Positions 28,326 to 40,959 of a stretch of DNA of 64,000 bases are shown here, in pieces. Position 1 is the stretch's first letter, and every line of letters starts with the position of its first letter. The notes beneath the pieces are model-generated. The model searched no databases and was not told the DNA's origin. It saw only the letters and a list, made by a program, of their open reading frames with translations. The translations under genes were made by a program, and so were the position numbers. Origin of the DNA: Tubiluchus corallicola (Eukaryota > Animalia > Priapulida); assembly GCA_030141605.1 (NCBI GenBank), contig JAQGDQ010000980.1:1-64000 (forward strand), in the 5' to 3' direction.

Positions 28326-28936
28326 TTCGCCAGTTATCTTTTCGCCAGTTACTGCTCGCCAGTCTACCTTTTCGTCAGTCTACCTGTTCGCCAGTCTACC
28401 TTTTCGTCAGTCTACCTTTTCGCCAGTCTACCTTTTCGTCAGTCTACCTTTTCGTCAGTCTACATTTTCGCCAGTCTACTTTTTCGCCAGTCTACCTTTT
28501 CGCCAGTCTACCTTTTCGCCAGTCTACCTTTTCGTCAGTCTACCTTTTCGCCAGTCTACCTTTTCGTCAGTCTACCTTTTCGTCAGTCTACATTTTCGCC
28601 AGTCTACTTTTTCGCCAGTCTACCTTTTCGCCAGTCTACCTTTTCGCCAGTCTACCTTTTCGCCAGTCTACCTTTTCGCCAGTCTACCTTTTCGCCAGTC
28701 TACCTTTTCGCCAGTCTACCTTTTCGTCAGTCTACATTTTCGCCAGTCTACTTTTCCGTCAGTCTACCTTTTCGTCAGTCTACCTTTTCGCCAGTCTACC
28801 TTTTCGTCAGTCTACCTTTTCGCCAGTCTACTTTTTCGCCAGTCTAACCGAAAAGCTACACTGGCGAAAAAGTAGGCTGGCGAAAAAGTAGACTGACGAA
28901 AAAGTAGACTGACGAAAAGATAACTGGCGAAACGAC
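28326..28936. repeat. 16-bp repeat array (CGCCAGTCTACCTTTT)n ~32x followed by ~5 inverted copies (foldback MITE-like)
   Basis: Forward units at 28326-28846 and inverted ctggcgaaaaagtag units at 28861-28932. Outer ends TTCGCCAGTTATCTTTTCG / CGAAAAGATAACTGGCGAA are inverted repeats. Confidence 0.85.
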
Positions 28937-29485
28937 ATGCAAGCATTTTTTTGCGTGACTATCTCACACGAAAAGAATTGAAGCAATAGCCCGCCTTTGC
29001 AAATCATTGTTTTCCGTTTCCATTGCGTCCAGAAAAAAAGTCACATACACGCATGGATACGCACTTCAATTTCCAAACTTTCTTTCCACGGACGCAAAAG
29101 TTCATTTCTGTAGAGTTTAGACCTTCCTTCTGCGACAAAATAATCCTAAATACAATTAGAGAGATTTAACAAGACAGGTGTGGGTTGAGGTCAATGATGT
29201 TGGAAGAACATTTAGTTTTTGATATTAATTACAATTTTCAATGCTAATTGCTATTCTTTGTTCCTCGCGTTTTGTCAAATTTGTGCTAAACATTTACACG
29301 CGCTATTGTCGCAGAATAGCGACCTTGTGCCGTTGATATACTGCTTTTGTAGAACATACAAGCCTATATTGAGCTTTCTTGAAATTGCATTGCATGTATG
29401 ATAGATAGAGTTACAGTGGAGAAATTTGTAAGAGACAAACTACGATCAGCTGCATAATAATAACAGCTATTTTTTTTTTGTTTAA

Positions 29486-30071
<586 letters not shown>

Positions 30072-30913
30072 TTAACAAATCAAAATGAGTCAAACTGTAC
30101 GTCGTACAAAAACTTACAATATACGAACGTGCAAAACTTGCAAATGAATTTTTTTCGAAAAGTTGCAAGTTGCGTTCTTAAATAACTCCGATACTGTTCC
30201 TCATCCATTATAACTTGTCGAGAAATTCACGATATTCGAAAACTGGGTGTTGTTCGCTACTGCATTGCATATTTACCCATTTCCAAATAAATACTTCTTT
30301 CTCCTAGAAAAGCTTATGTCTAGATACCCTGCTAGCATCGCCGTTGCCGTTGCCGTATTGCCGATTATTATGTATTGAGTATGAATGCAGTGAAACAATT
30401 TATGCGAAGGTAAAATATTCGGACAGAAAAGTTTGTATTTGTGCCAGTCGGTTGACAATAAGACAACGACAGGAGGTATCAGTGTATAAACAAGCATAAA
30501 TCAATTCGTTTCTTCACTTGACTGTTTCTCGTTATTTTTTGCATTGAACAGTACTGTAGTGAGAACCCCTTCCCAGTGCACGTGACGTAAGTATGACGTC
30601 ACGCAAGTACTTAAGAGTCAGTCACACATCTTCCGTTAGTGGCTGCAGAACTCCCTATCCTCATCCTTGTTGTTCCCGCTTGTATATTATTGCAATTTAT
30701 CATTATATTATTCTCGCTTTGCTTATTACACGTTATTAATCAACTCCAATGTTGCTACTTATATGTGGCATTGAAGCTATTATTAACATCGTTTATTTTC
30801 GAACACACGTGTACAGTTAAATTACATAAGTGGTTCAATTAAAGGAAATTAGTAGACTAGTCGTAAAAGTAAAAAATAAGAGTTAAACACTGACAACAAC
30901 AACAGCAACAACG

Positions 30914-30951
<38 letters not shown>

Positions 30952-30970
30952 AACAACAACAACAACATTG

Positions 30971-31318
30971 GGTATCGACAATATGTGTAATATAAAATAT
31001 GTAGTGTTTATAAAATATGTCGTGTTATCTATAGGTATTAGCAACACTGTGCAGCCAACTTGTTTCTGGCAAACGAGATTTGTCAAATGCTATAAATCAC
31101 ATTATGAATAAATTTTTTATCTGTATTACGTGTCTAATAAAGAGTTATTGCACATTATTATACATAACAATTGGATACTGTCAGAATACAAACACGGGAG
31201 GCAGAAAGAAGAAAAGAAAGAAAAACAGCAAAAAACGGATAATGAAGAAAACAAAAAGAAGAGGAATGGAAGAAAAAGAAATCAGATGGAAAAACAAAAA
31301 ACGAAGGATGAAATGAAA
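30971..31318. repeat. ~350-bp dispersed block, also at 41051-41371 and 50116-50436
   Basis: Colinear sequence from tatcgacaatatgtgtaatataaaatatg through gcaacactgtgcagccaacttgtttc to gaaggatgaaatgaaa. Confidence 0.9.
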
Positions 31319-31344
31319 ACAGAAGAATGGAATGGGTGTGCAAA

Positions 31345-31478
31345 ACTTTCCCTGACCTGCAGTTTCTACTACATGTCACTACGCTAGTGCTATTCTTCTA
31401 TAGCAAGTGCATTCTGAAACCCGACGAATCTAAACTAGAATAGTCAATAAATTACTACGACGACTGCTGATGTTACTT

Positions 31479-31539
<61 letters not shown>

Positions 31540-31713
31540 ACTTTCCCTGACCTGCAGTTTCTACTACATGTCACTACGCTAGTGCTATTCTTCTATAGCA
31601 AGTGCATTCTGAAACCCGACGAATCTAAACTAGAATAGTCAATAAATTACTACGACTACGACGACTGCTGATGTTACTTCTACTACTAGTACTACTACTA
31701 CTACTACTACTTT

Positions 31714-31767
<54 letters not shown>

Positions 31768-31771
31768 AACT

Positions 31772-31838
<67 letters not shown>

Positions 31839-31916
31839 AAACAAAAACAACAACAACAGCACCAGCAGCAGCAGCAGCAACAACAACAGCACCAACAGCA
31901 ACAACAACAACAACAT
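31345..31916. repeat. ~140-bp direct duplication interleaved with (CTA)n and (CAA)n tracts
   Basis: actttccctgacctgcag...ctgctgatgttacttctacta at ~31345 and ~31540, each followed by (CTA)n. Confidence 0.9.
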
Positions 31917-32756
31917 CAAGTACGGATATTATTTACATACAAGAAGACAAAGCAATTGATTTAAAAAGACACCACATATTCTAACATCTTCCTCAATTGA
32001 TACTTTGATAAAAAATTAAAATTCCTCTTTTCTATACAGTCAATACAATCTTTTGCTAAGTTCATTGTCACTAGCTGAATGAAACTTAACTCTCATCTTT
32101 TTACAATTTTACGAGATAGTGTATGAAAATTTCTAAATACATCTTCTAGTTCAACATTATTTTCTATAACAATTTTATACAAGTTGAAAGCCACTATTGA
32201 GTTTACGTCATACAGTGTATGTTTGGCTATAAAGTTAATTGTCGAGTTACTACTATTTTACATGCTACATAGAATTTAAAAAACCTTTTTTCAAAGTGCT
32301 TACTGGCTGAACGGTACCAGCAATTGGCACCAATATGGGGACAAAATGTAAGTGTGCGCTCTGTACGGCATTTTCCATAATTTACGGTATATTCCAAGCT
32401 GTATCAATTAAAATGTATTTTTGAATTTTCTAACTCCCAACTCGTAACCGTAATGTCCTAAACAATATGTTTCAAGTAGTTTACATTTATCAGAACAAGT
32501 CAGAAGAAGCAAATGGAAAATTGGCACATATACTATTGGCATGGTAAATGAAATCGCCCCGTTTACTAAGAATATCAGCATCACGTTAAATTATTATTAG
32601 ATATGGATATGAATTTACACCCATCGCAAGAGTGTCTCCTGTTAAAAACTTTGTGTTTTAATAAGGTTCTGAAAGCGGAGAAAAACAATCGTATTACACA
32701 TTTGTAATTAAAAACGCTAACTTTCAAATGGAGGTAGACATTTTCTATCTTTAAAA

Positions 32757-33330
32757 TCATCATCATCATCATCTCTGGAGTCACACGACGTTTGACATGA
32801 CCCTCCTGATCACTTTACTCCATGCTGCCCTGTCACCCGCAACCTCCCATGTCTCTGTATTTTTGATATCTAATGGTGTGTTGATAAGATCTTTTCAGAT
32901 GAAATTAATGTAAGTCAGCAGCAGCTGTCTTCCTTGTAGTTTCTTTTCTTTCTGCAGTGCTTCCCTTAAACCTAACTTTAATGGACTGTCATCAGGCAGT
33001 CATATAGCATGTCCTATCCATCTTAATCTTCTACTTTTTATTTTAATTGTCCATTCCTCTGCGTTGACTTTGTTGTACAGATCCCGGTGTGATATCTTCT
33101 TTGGCTAATTTATTCCCGAATGTTCCTGTAGTTTCCTTTTTGAAATGCATAATTTCTGATTCGTGTTGTGTTTTGATTGTCCATAATTCTGAGTTATAGA
33201 GAAACAGTTTCCACAAGTGCAGCAAAGATTCTTAATTTTGTATCTAGACTGATCCTCTTTAAAAATCGTTTCGTGAAGTTTTTTCTTCAAATTTTTCAAA
33301 CCCTAACGGTTATTCAGCAAGTAAGGTACA
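32757..33330 (-). mobile_element. RTE-clade LINE 3' fragment
   Basis: Minus-strand frames give SLDTKLRIFAALVE..LYNSELWT..RRLRWIGHA..PDDSP..AGDRAAW, ending in a (GAT)n tail at 32757-32772. Confidence 0.75.
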
Positions 33331-33862
33331 TGAGCATAATACGTTTTCACTTTGTTACAAAGTGACAAAGAATGACAATGACCTAAATTAGCAAAATGTC
33401 GCGTCAACAGAATTTTCAATTTCCTTAATTGGCATGTTTTAACAATAGACATTCTCCGAAAGGGCCCATCTAAACTGCACCACTTCTACATTTATGCAAA
33501 AAGATTTTTTTCATTTCTGGCAACGATAATAAGCAATTCAGCTATAAAAAAAGGCTCGAATCACTTTTGGAAGTGATATACTAGTACTAACACGCAAGCA
33601 TTGGCATGCTAGAATGTTTAAGTGTTTGTAATTACTGGGAACTACAAAAGGCACGCCACCGGTAGATAACTCCATGTTCTTTTGATAATTAGTGACGCTA
33701 ATAACGTCGATGTGAAACAGTTGGCAACAGCTTTTCGACGACCTGCTTATATGACAGATATTTGAAAGTGAAAATAGAACAGCCAGCGGGTGCAGTTGCA
33801 TTAGTCTTGACTTTGACAATGACAGATTTTAAAATAGGCTCTCAGACAATGCTCGGAGAAGG

Positions 33863-33936
33863 TATAAAAGAGCGACTGGAAGATGAAGAAAGTATCAGTT
33901 CCACAGCTGCGACGGAAGTAGAACCAGCAGTAACAG
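33863..33936 (+). promoter_or_regulatory. Gene A core promoter and non-coding exon 1
   Basis: TATAAAAG at 33863, initiator TCAGTT at 33895-33900 (A at 33897), donor CAG|GTAAGA at 33937. Confidence 0.7.
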
Positions 33937-34716
33937 GTAAGAAAAGCTAGTTATCACTCTCTTCTTTATCAGATTCGAGTAACTTCTTTTTCTGCGTTTT
34001 GTTTACCACAGAAAAACGTTGGCTAATTTTGGTTATTGGAAAATGACTCAGTCATATAAACGCAAGAAAACAATTCTAAATAGTGAAGTTTGAAAAAAAT
34101 TTAATTTTGCCCCTTCACTGGGACTCGAACCCAACGCCTGTTTTTCGGGCAGCCGTGCAGCACATTTTGAATTTAGCGGCTTGGAGTACCCCAAATCTCT
34201 CTATTCTGCTGATGCAGAACAGGGAGATTCAAGATCAGTTTTATTTCATATGGCTTATTGAAATTCCAAACTTAAAAGTTTTGATTCATTTTAATTTAAT
34301 TTATTTCGTTCATGGATCTTGTAGTAGTGTAATAATGCTTGTTGCTGTATGTTCTACCTTGCTTATTGTTCGTAAAAAATTTTATATTTTGTAGTTTTAT
34401 GCTGTACTGTAATTCAACCTTTTCGTGATGATAAATGATGATCAACCTTAATGATGATAAATAATAAATAAACTTATTATTATTATAAATTTGACTTCAT
34501 ATAAATTTTGTATTAGCGGAATAGGTGTGTTTTTCTTCATAACTGTTAGCTTCAGAAGTTTTATTGTAAATTATTGTCTGCAGTGGAGAACCGGTTTGAT
34601 CACGTGACTCGAAATTGTTGCAATTACGTCTTCTAGGCATAGGCGTCCTTTTAGCAGTAAGTTTTCTGTTGTTCTTATGTTTCTTCTTCTTTTTTTTCAA
34701 CAGGCCACGTACCATC

Positions 34717-34967
34717 ATGAGAACGCTCATCATCACCCTCGCCATTGTGGCGCTTGCCCACGCTGAAGGTTACACCCAGGGACCCGAGTACTACACCACT
34801 GACATCCTGGGACCATTCGCCAACGCCCGGGCTGCTGGAGCTGGACAGAAGAGTGCTAGCAGCAGCTACACAAGAACTGGACAAGCTGCTGGTGCCGATT
34901 ACGCCGCTGACCAGGCCAGCGCCGCCGAAACTGCGGCCAAAGCACGTGGCTATGACTACAAATACAG
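34717..34967 (+). CDS. Gene A coding exon 1: secreted Gly/Tyr-rich structural-type protein (signal peptide + Ala-rich region)
   Basis: Long polypyrimidine acceptor ...ttttttcaacAG|G at 34704; accatcATG. MRTLIITLAIVALAHA-EGY has an A-x-A signal cleavage site. GC-rich relative to flanks. Phase-2 donor AG|GTAATA. Confidence 0.88.
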
Positions 34968-36341
34968 GTAATATATCATTCTTTTCGTGCAAAAAGTGTC
35001 ATTTAGTCTCAATTTTGTTTTCACAAGAAAAAACCCACTGAAAATTCCCAATAGCAGTTATAAAACTGGAATATGGCTCCCGGAATGGGAAACCTCACTA
35101 AATGACTAACTAATTACTATGGTGAACATTCCGTGGTTGTATATGATGTAATATTGCCAGCATCGCAAGAGTGCACCCTTATGTTAAATGCATCTGTTTT
35201 TGTTACTTTTGCCTAAATGGTCTTCTTTTGGAACAAAATGATTTTGTTCGTTCGTTTTAGTAAATACCTCGCACTTTGTTATTATAAATCTTGTAAAGCT
35301 TGTATTGCAGTTTCGGTTTTTAGCTGCAGACAACTAATGATGTAAAACTAAATAATCATTAACAAAAGTTCAAAGGTCAGCACGGTAAAAAGTCAAAAGA
35401 CAACAACCCAACCTGCGCATAACAGCCGTTCCCGAGGGTTAGGTTCCAAAACTGTTAAGAAATTCCGCTTTTTGGCACTTTTGTTTAACTAAGTAATTTG
35501 GTTTTATGTCTCTTTTTGTTGCTGTAATAATTAAACTCATTGCCTGTCTTGCGATTTAAATCAGTTTGATAATACGTTTAGTTTGTGAAAGTATCTTTGT
35601 TCAAACTTTTTTTATTTAACCCACACCACAAGTTCATAATTTGGAGACATTATACATGGTTTACATACAAGTGTGGGTTGAGGGACCCTTACTTGGCACA
35701 AACCCGCAAACCGTACGGGCCACCCAGCCATTAACATAAATAGCAAACAATGGAATACAGTTGTTTGATCGATGGGCACAAATGGTGACGAAACAATGAT
35801 GATCAGTGAACAATTTATGTTAACTATTAATACTATTACTCTATAGGATTTTACCGATTGAAGTATGAACATGCATAACCTGAAGTGAAACAATAATATA
35901 GCTCATATGGGATCAACTTAATTAACGACGACTTAATTAATAAAGTTCGCATACATAGCAACTGTCAAGTATACAAATATCTGAATAAGTATTATGGAAA
36001 AATTATTTACAATGCTTGATGAAGGGTTTATAACAATGAGTATGAACTTTATCAGTTACGTGACTTGTAAGATTATTAACTAATGAAAAAATGATATACA
36101 CCAAAGAACGATTTGAAAATGTTAATGTAAGTTAGGTGGACGTGTAGTTTCTCTAGCTCTTGTAGGGTATTCATGGCAGTCAGTTCCTTGCGTTATGGGT
36201 AAAATGTGCCTATTAACACTGATGTAGAAAACAAAGAATAATTAGTCTGTAAATTCTGTTCTTTAAATACCCGCTTTTTGTGGCAATGTATTCATCGTGT
36301 TACTGTGCGTCTCTACCATGATCATCATTGTTTGTTCACAG

Positions 36342-36822
36342 GGCTGGATTCAGCTTCTACCAACCCAAGCTGTTGTACGCCTACGCATTTGATGGTGACA
36401 TCGTTGGAGTTCGTGACGTCAACCCAAGAATCCCCAACGTTGACACCAACGTTCGTCTGGCTGACATCAGGGTCGCCCCAGTTAGATACCCAGGCCTGCG
36501 TAACGTAGCCGTTGATGGTGATGGAGATGGTATTGCCATCGCTGGCGGACGGCGTGGAAGAATTGCCGGATATGCTGGCGGATACGGTCTTGGTGGATAC
36601 GGAGCCGGTTATGGTGCTGGTTATGGAGGTTATGGAGCCGGTTATGGAGGAGGTTATGGAGGAGGTTATGGTGCTGGTTATGGTGGTTATGGTTTGGGAG
36701 GATCTGGTGGATACGGCTCTGGTTACGGATACGGAAGAGGTTATGGGTATGGTGGCCTTGGAGGTCTTCGAAGACATGGATACGGCTATGGCCGCAGAGT
36801 TGGTCACGGAAAATACTATTAA
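36342..36822 (+). CDS. Gene A terminal exon: Gly/Tyr repeat (GGYG/AGYG) with basic C-terminus ...RRHGYGYGRRVGHGKYY
   Basis: Acceptor tttgttcacAG|G completes AGG (Arg) with the phase-2 donor; open to TAA at 36820-36822. AATAAA at 36830 and 37038. Spliced CDS 732 nt = 243 aa. Confidence 0.9.
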
Positions 36823-37394
36823 AAAATTAAATAAATCATAATTTATTTAAAACTGTGATAATCATTTGCATCACATACCATTGTTTGCATTGTAAATGTA
36901 AAGTGCAGTCACTTTTTATTATTGTTTACTAACTTAATGTGTCTCTTTTAAGCTCAAAGCCTATGAATGTCACACTTTGTGCTTTGGTAGCCATTTTGAC
37001 ATTCAAGTATCTCGTACGCATGCGTGGAAAACTGATCAATAAATGTATTCATTTTATTATGCAACAAAACATTACGCTTTGTTTCTTCTTTTAGTAAACA
37101 ACTTCAACAAAATGTGTAGATTACATGAATTATGAATTATGAATTTATTCCACAGCAACTCAAACATACATATAAATTGATGTGTTACAACTTCTAAACT
37201 ACATAATTTTAAACGAAGCAGCATTTAGAGCAACTCAAAATTCATTAAAAATAGAAGCTTTGCAATAATGAGAGCAGAAAGTTACAGATCTGCTAATTAA
37301 ATGCTTGAAAATTATTTTTGTTTGAAGTGATTTCACTGCTAAGCCTTAAACTTGAACTTACTGTAGAGAGTAAGCCACCATTTTTTATGACGGT

Positions 37395-37440
37395 ACTACT
37401 GCTACTACTACTACTGCTGCTGCTACTACTACTACTACTA

Positions 37441-37532
<92 letters not shown>

Positions 37533-37585
37533 TTACTACTACTACTACCACTACTACTACTACTAATGCTACTGCTGCTGCTGCA
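37395..37585. repeat. (CTA)n microsatellite
   Basis: Directly visible, between the converging 3' ends of genes A and B. Confidence 0.95.
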
Positions 37586-38242
37586 GATCAAGTCTGTAGG
37601 TAAATACATTACTTCGCAAACATCATTTTACTAGCAAAATATTGCTGAATATCATACGTTTCATATTCATAGTTCCTTTTCCAACAATTTTTATTTTTAT
37701 TTTTTTGAAACATAAGCCATAGCAATCAACTGTGAAACATTGAATGATTTAGTCTTGGCCTTTCAGAGGAGAATGAGTCACATTAGGAATTGAAACTTGT
37801 TTGGTCTGTTCAAGAGTATATAACAATTAGGTGTAACGTCAGGTAATAAAGTATTTTCATTCTGTAGGAGATTTACATACAGATAGTTATCACACAGTGA
37901 ATTGCGCAAACCAGTTGTGCAAGAGGCATTTCAGTTTCAACAGGTGGCAAAACAAGTTAGACCGAGTACCTCAAAGATATGACATACAAGCGGACATATT
38001 TCTCGAAATAAATTAGTCACTTTATTGGTCATTTTACAAAACAAACCTGGAATTCATTTTTGAAACATTTCTGAATGCCTACTACATTTTTTGCAAAATG
38101 TTCATGGAATGTTTTAACAGTGTTGCACGCATGCTAAGTATTTGCAGCAACAAACAAACTCGAATAAAGTAGCATTCTAAATAATCAATCACACACAAAG
38201 TTTTTGACAAAGATAGCGCAAAGACTTCACCAACTACTTATA

Positions 38243-38429
38243 TTACCGTCCAATCAACACTCCACAAATGGAGAGCGGCTTCCCTTCAAGTGTGGAACCT
38301 CCAGTCATGATGAAAGCATTACTGCAGCTCCCAGCAGGTGTAGAAGTTGAACAATCGCATGAAAACGAGCATTTACGACGATCACCATACTCAAAAGACA
38401 ACACAGTGTCTTCCAGCAGCGTACAGTGT
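38243..38429 (-). CDS. Gene B terminal exon (Cys-rich)
   Basis: Acceptor catttcttttgtAG|A (phase 2). HCTLLEDTVLSFEYGDRRKCSFSCDCSTSTPAGSCSNAFIMTGGSTLEGKPLSICGVLIGR* with TAA at 38245-38243. Confidence 0.82.
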
Positions 38430-39002
38430 CTACAAAAGAAATGCTTTATGGTTCAATTCAAAATATTTTGAAATAGTGAAAAAGTTTGTTAGTGTTAATT
38501 TCGTCACCATAGTGGCTTTTTCTTTGTTCTTTTCAGGATTAAGTACATAACTAAATGAATTATTCCAACTTACACGTAATGCAAGTAAAAACGTAAATTG
38601 GTTTTTCCAAAAGTTAAAGGAGAATGTAGCGAGGCAGCTTGCTTATTCGATTTTTCTTTGTTCTTTATTATGTATTTAGTCTCAAAGGGCTATAAGCTCA
38701 CTTAAAGTACCCAAGTTTTTGAAACCAAAGGACCCGTCAGATGGCTCTTGCGGCTATAACTGTAAAGGCACCCAGGTGACCCTCCGCGATTTTCCAATGG
38801 CTTAGCATTCCAGATGCTTTAGTACTACCCGCTCCTACATTTCATTGCTGCCAGACTTAAATCAAATTTACTTTTCTGCTTTTTCCGCACGAGTTCCGCA
38901 ACTTTTGCTACCATTTTAAAACAGGCTTTTCATTCGTTACTTCCCCTGAATGTACAACTAATACTTTAACCACGCACTACACGTTCATCATCGTACACTT
39001 AC

Positions 39003-39188
39003 TTGAACAGTCCAAGAAAACTGTCCTGATCGTTAGAATCCATTTTGGTCATAGCAATGGGTTGCGGGTCACCATTGCCTTCCGGCATACGGTAACAACT
39101 TGAGTTTTGCTGCATATAGATGAACAAGTAAAACTGGGAAAGATTATTCAAAGGCTTCCTGAACGTGACTCTGGTGAAGTATAAATAA
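39003..39188 (-). CDS. Gene B exon 3 (186 bp, phase 2/2)
   Basis: catttactacAG| ... |GTAAGT. Open: (S)YLYFTRVTFRKPLNNLSQFYLFIYMQQNSSCYRMPEGNGDPQPIAMTKMDSNDQDSFLGLF(K). Confidence 0.82.
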
Positions 39189-39796
39189 CTGTAGTAAATG
39201 GGTGTGAAAAGAATTGGCGTGTCACATATTTAACATTAACTAGTTTCAATATTTCGATGAAAGACTAATGTAAGTTTATGACAGCTTATTTTAGTTTTAA
39301 GGGGAGCATCTATAGAAAGAAAATTGGCATTTTTACTGTTTCTGAAAATTAAAATATATGATCTTAGAAAACATTATCCTTTGATAAAATAAGCCTTCTC
39401 ACAATTTGGACAAGTTGCATCTACTAGAAATATTTATTAGAGTCACCAACGTACTGTGTAATAATACCTTTTAAGGAACTTAGTGTACGAAGTATAGTGG
39501 ACCAACAAATTATAACAGTGGTCCAATATGTTCGAAAATTGTCTATTATACACGCACTTTTGTTGGGTCACTAATAAATTTTTGAGGTTTTGTTCTTTCT
39601 TCAAACAAGAGTTAGTTAACTAAGAACTTCGGTAATTGGGCTTTCACAGAAATAAGTTTTCAGAAACTTAATTGCCATTTAGTTTCAAACATCTGATAAA
39701 TCGGTTGTGCCAAAACCATTAAAGTTACGTAATTGAACAACCTCTTTTTCTATTCGTCGACTATTATATCAAAGAAAATTCAAAATGATTGTGTAC

Positions 39797-40031
39797 CTCT
39801 GTGTGTATTTGAAGCCCTGATAAGTGAAGCAGGTTTCCGCCGACAAACCTCCAGCATTGCTGATGTCACCCAAAATGGTGATGAAATTTCTTGGATCTGG
39901 AATCAATTCACTTCTTGCGCATGCTGCAAAAATTTCAAGTAAATGTTCCTTTTGTTGAGCGGCAACACTATCAATGGTTTTACCTCCAATTTTGCCTTCA
40001 AAAAGGTGAAATTGGTTGAAGCGTGCCAGTA
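39797..40031 (-). CDS. Gene B exon 2 (235 bp, phase 1/2)
   Basis: ctatttctatacAG| ... AG|GTACAC. Open: (V)LARFNQFHLFEGKIGGKTIDSVAAQQKEHLLEIFAACARSELIPDPRNFITILGDISNAGGLSAETCFTYQGFKYTQ. Confidence 0.8.
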
Positions 40032-40904
40032 CTGTATAGAAATAGGTTTTTATTAGATTGTTTCTTTTATTACTGCGTTGACATTTTTTAATATGCCAAA
40101 AAGTTTAGCCACCAATAGTTTTTTTATTATTATATAAATTTATTAAGAAAATGGAAAAAATAAATGAATAAGGAAGTACATTACACAAACGTTGCGACAA
40201 TCAAGTGTGCAAAACAAAACTACAAAAATGGCTGGAAATTCTAAGAAAAATAATAAAAGTGAGTGTCATAAAAAGTTAAATCGATAATAAATATAAAAAT
40301 AGCACGTCATTTTTTACAATCTCTCAGTTGAGCACTTTGCAAAAATTAATCGTTGTTGCAATTTGTTTGGGTATTGAAATGGAAATGAGCGCTAGTTGTC
40401 TGTGGGGGCTATAAGCTTATTAAGGGCACCCTGGAAATTTCAACGCTGTCTCGTTAGGGGTCGCGCAGAATCAACGAACAGGAATACAGAAACAATAAGC
40501 CCTTACATCAGTGTGATCTCCATTTACACCGTCAAAATTAAAAAGTTAGAGCTCAAGAAAAATTATTGCACTTTTGCAAAAAACAATTTTTCATGCTAGA
40601 AAATTGGATTGACGTCAGCAATGCAAAAGAAATTACAACTTTATTACCTGGAAATCCAATAACTAAATAAAAGAAGGCACCAAATTCTCAAAGTATTTAT
40701 TCTGTGTTAAAAAGCGAGTGTGTTAAACGTGTGCACATTCTTTTACAGTAAATATGAAAACGACCTTGGTAGACAAATGAAAGAAAAAGTTTAGAATCAA
40801 ATATAAATGTTAGTAATGAATTGATTTTTGTTAACTGGTCGTGTACAATTCTGCAAAAAATATTTTATAAACTTTTCAAGTGAAGACAAAACAAAAACAC
40901 TTAC

Positions 40905-40959
40905 CAAAAATACACAATGCGCACAATAAAAAAGCAACCGTAACGGCAATATTACACAT
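40905..40959 (-). CDS. Gene B exon 1 (signal peptide)
   Basis: gaaATG; MCNIAVTVAFLLCALCIF-G|GTAAGT (phase 1). Joined to exon 2 it gives ...CIFVLA-RF, a plausible cleavage site. Four exons sum to 663 nt = 220 aa + stop. Confidence 0.8.

Noticed and set aside
34100-34180. tRNA on the minus strand (GGGTTCGAGTCCC B box) in gene A intron 1
   Set aside because: No A box or cloverleaf; likely a SINE remnant.
36325-36841. Overlapping 160-aa minus and 109-aa plus ORFs
   Set aside because: Shadow frames of the Gly/Tyr-repeat exon of gene A.
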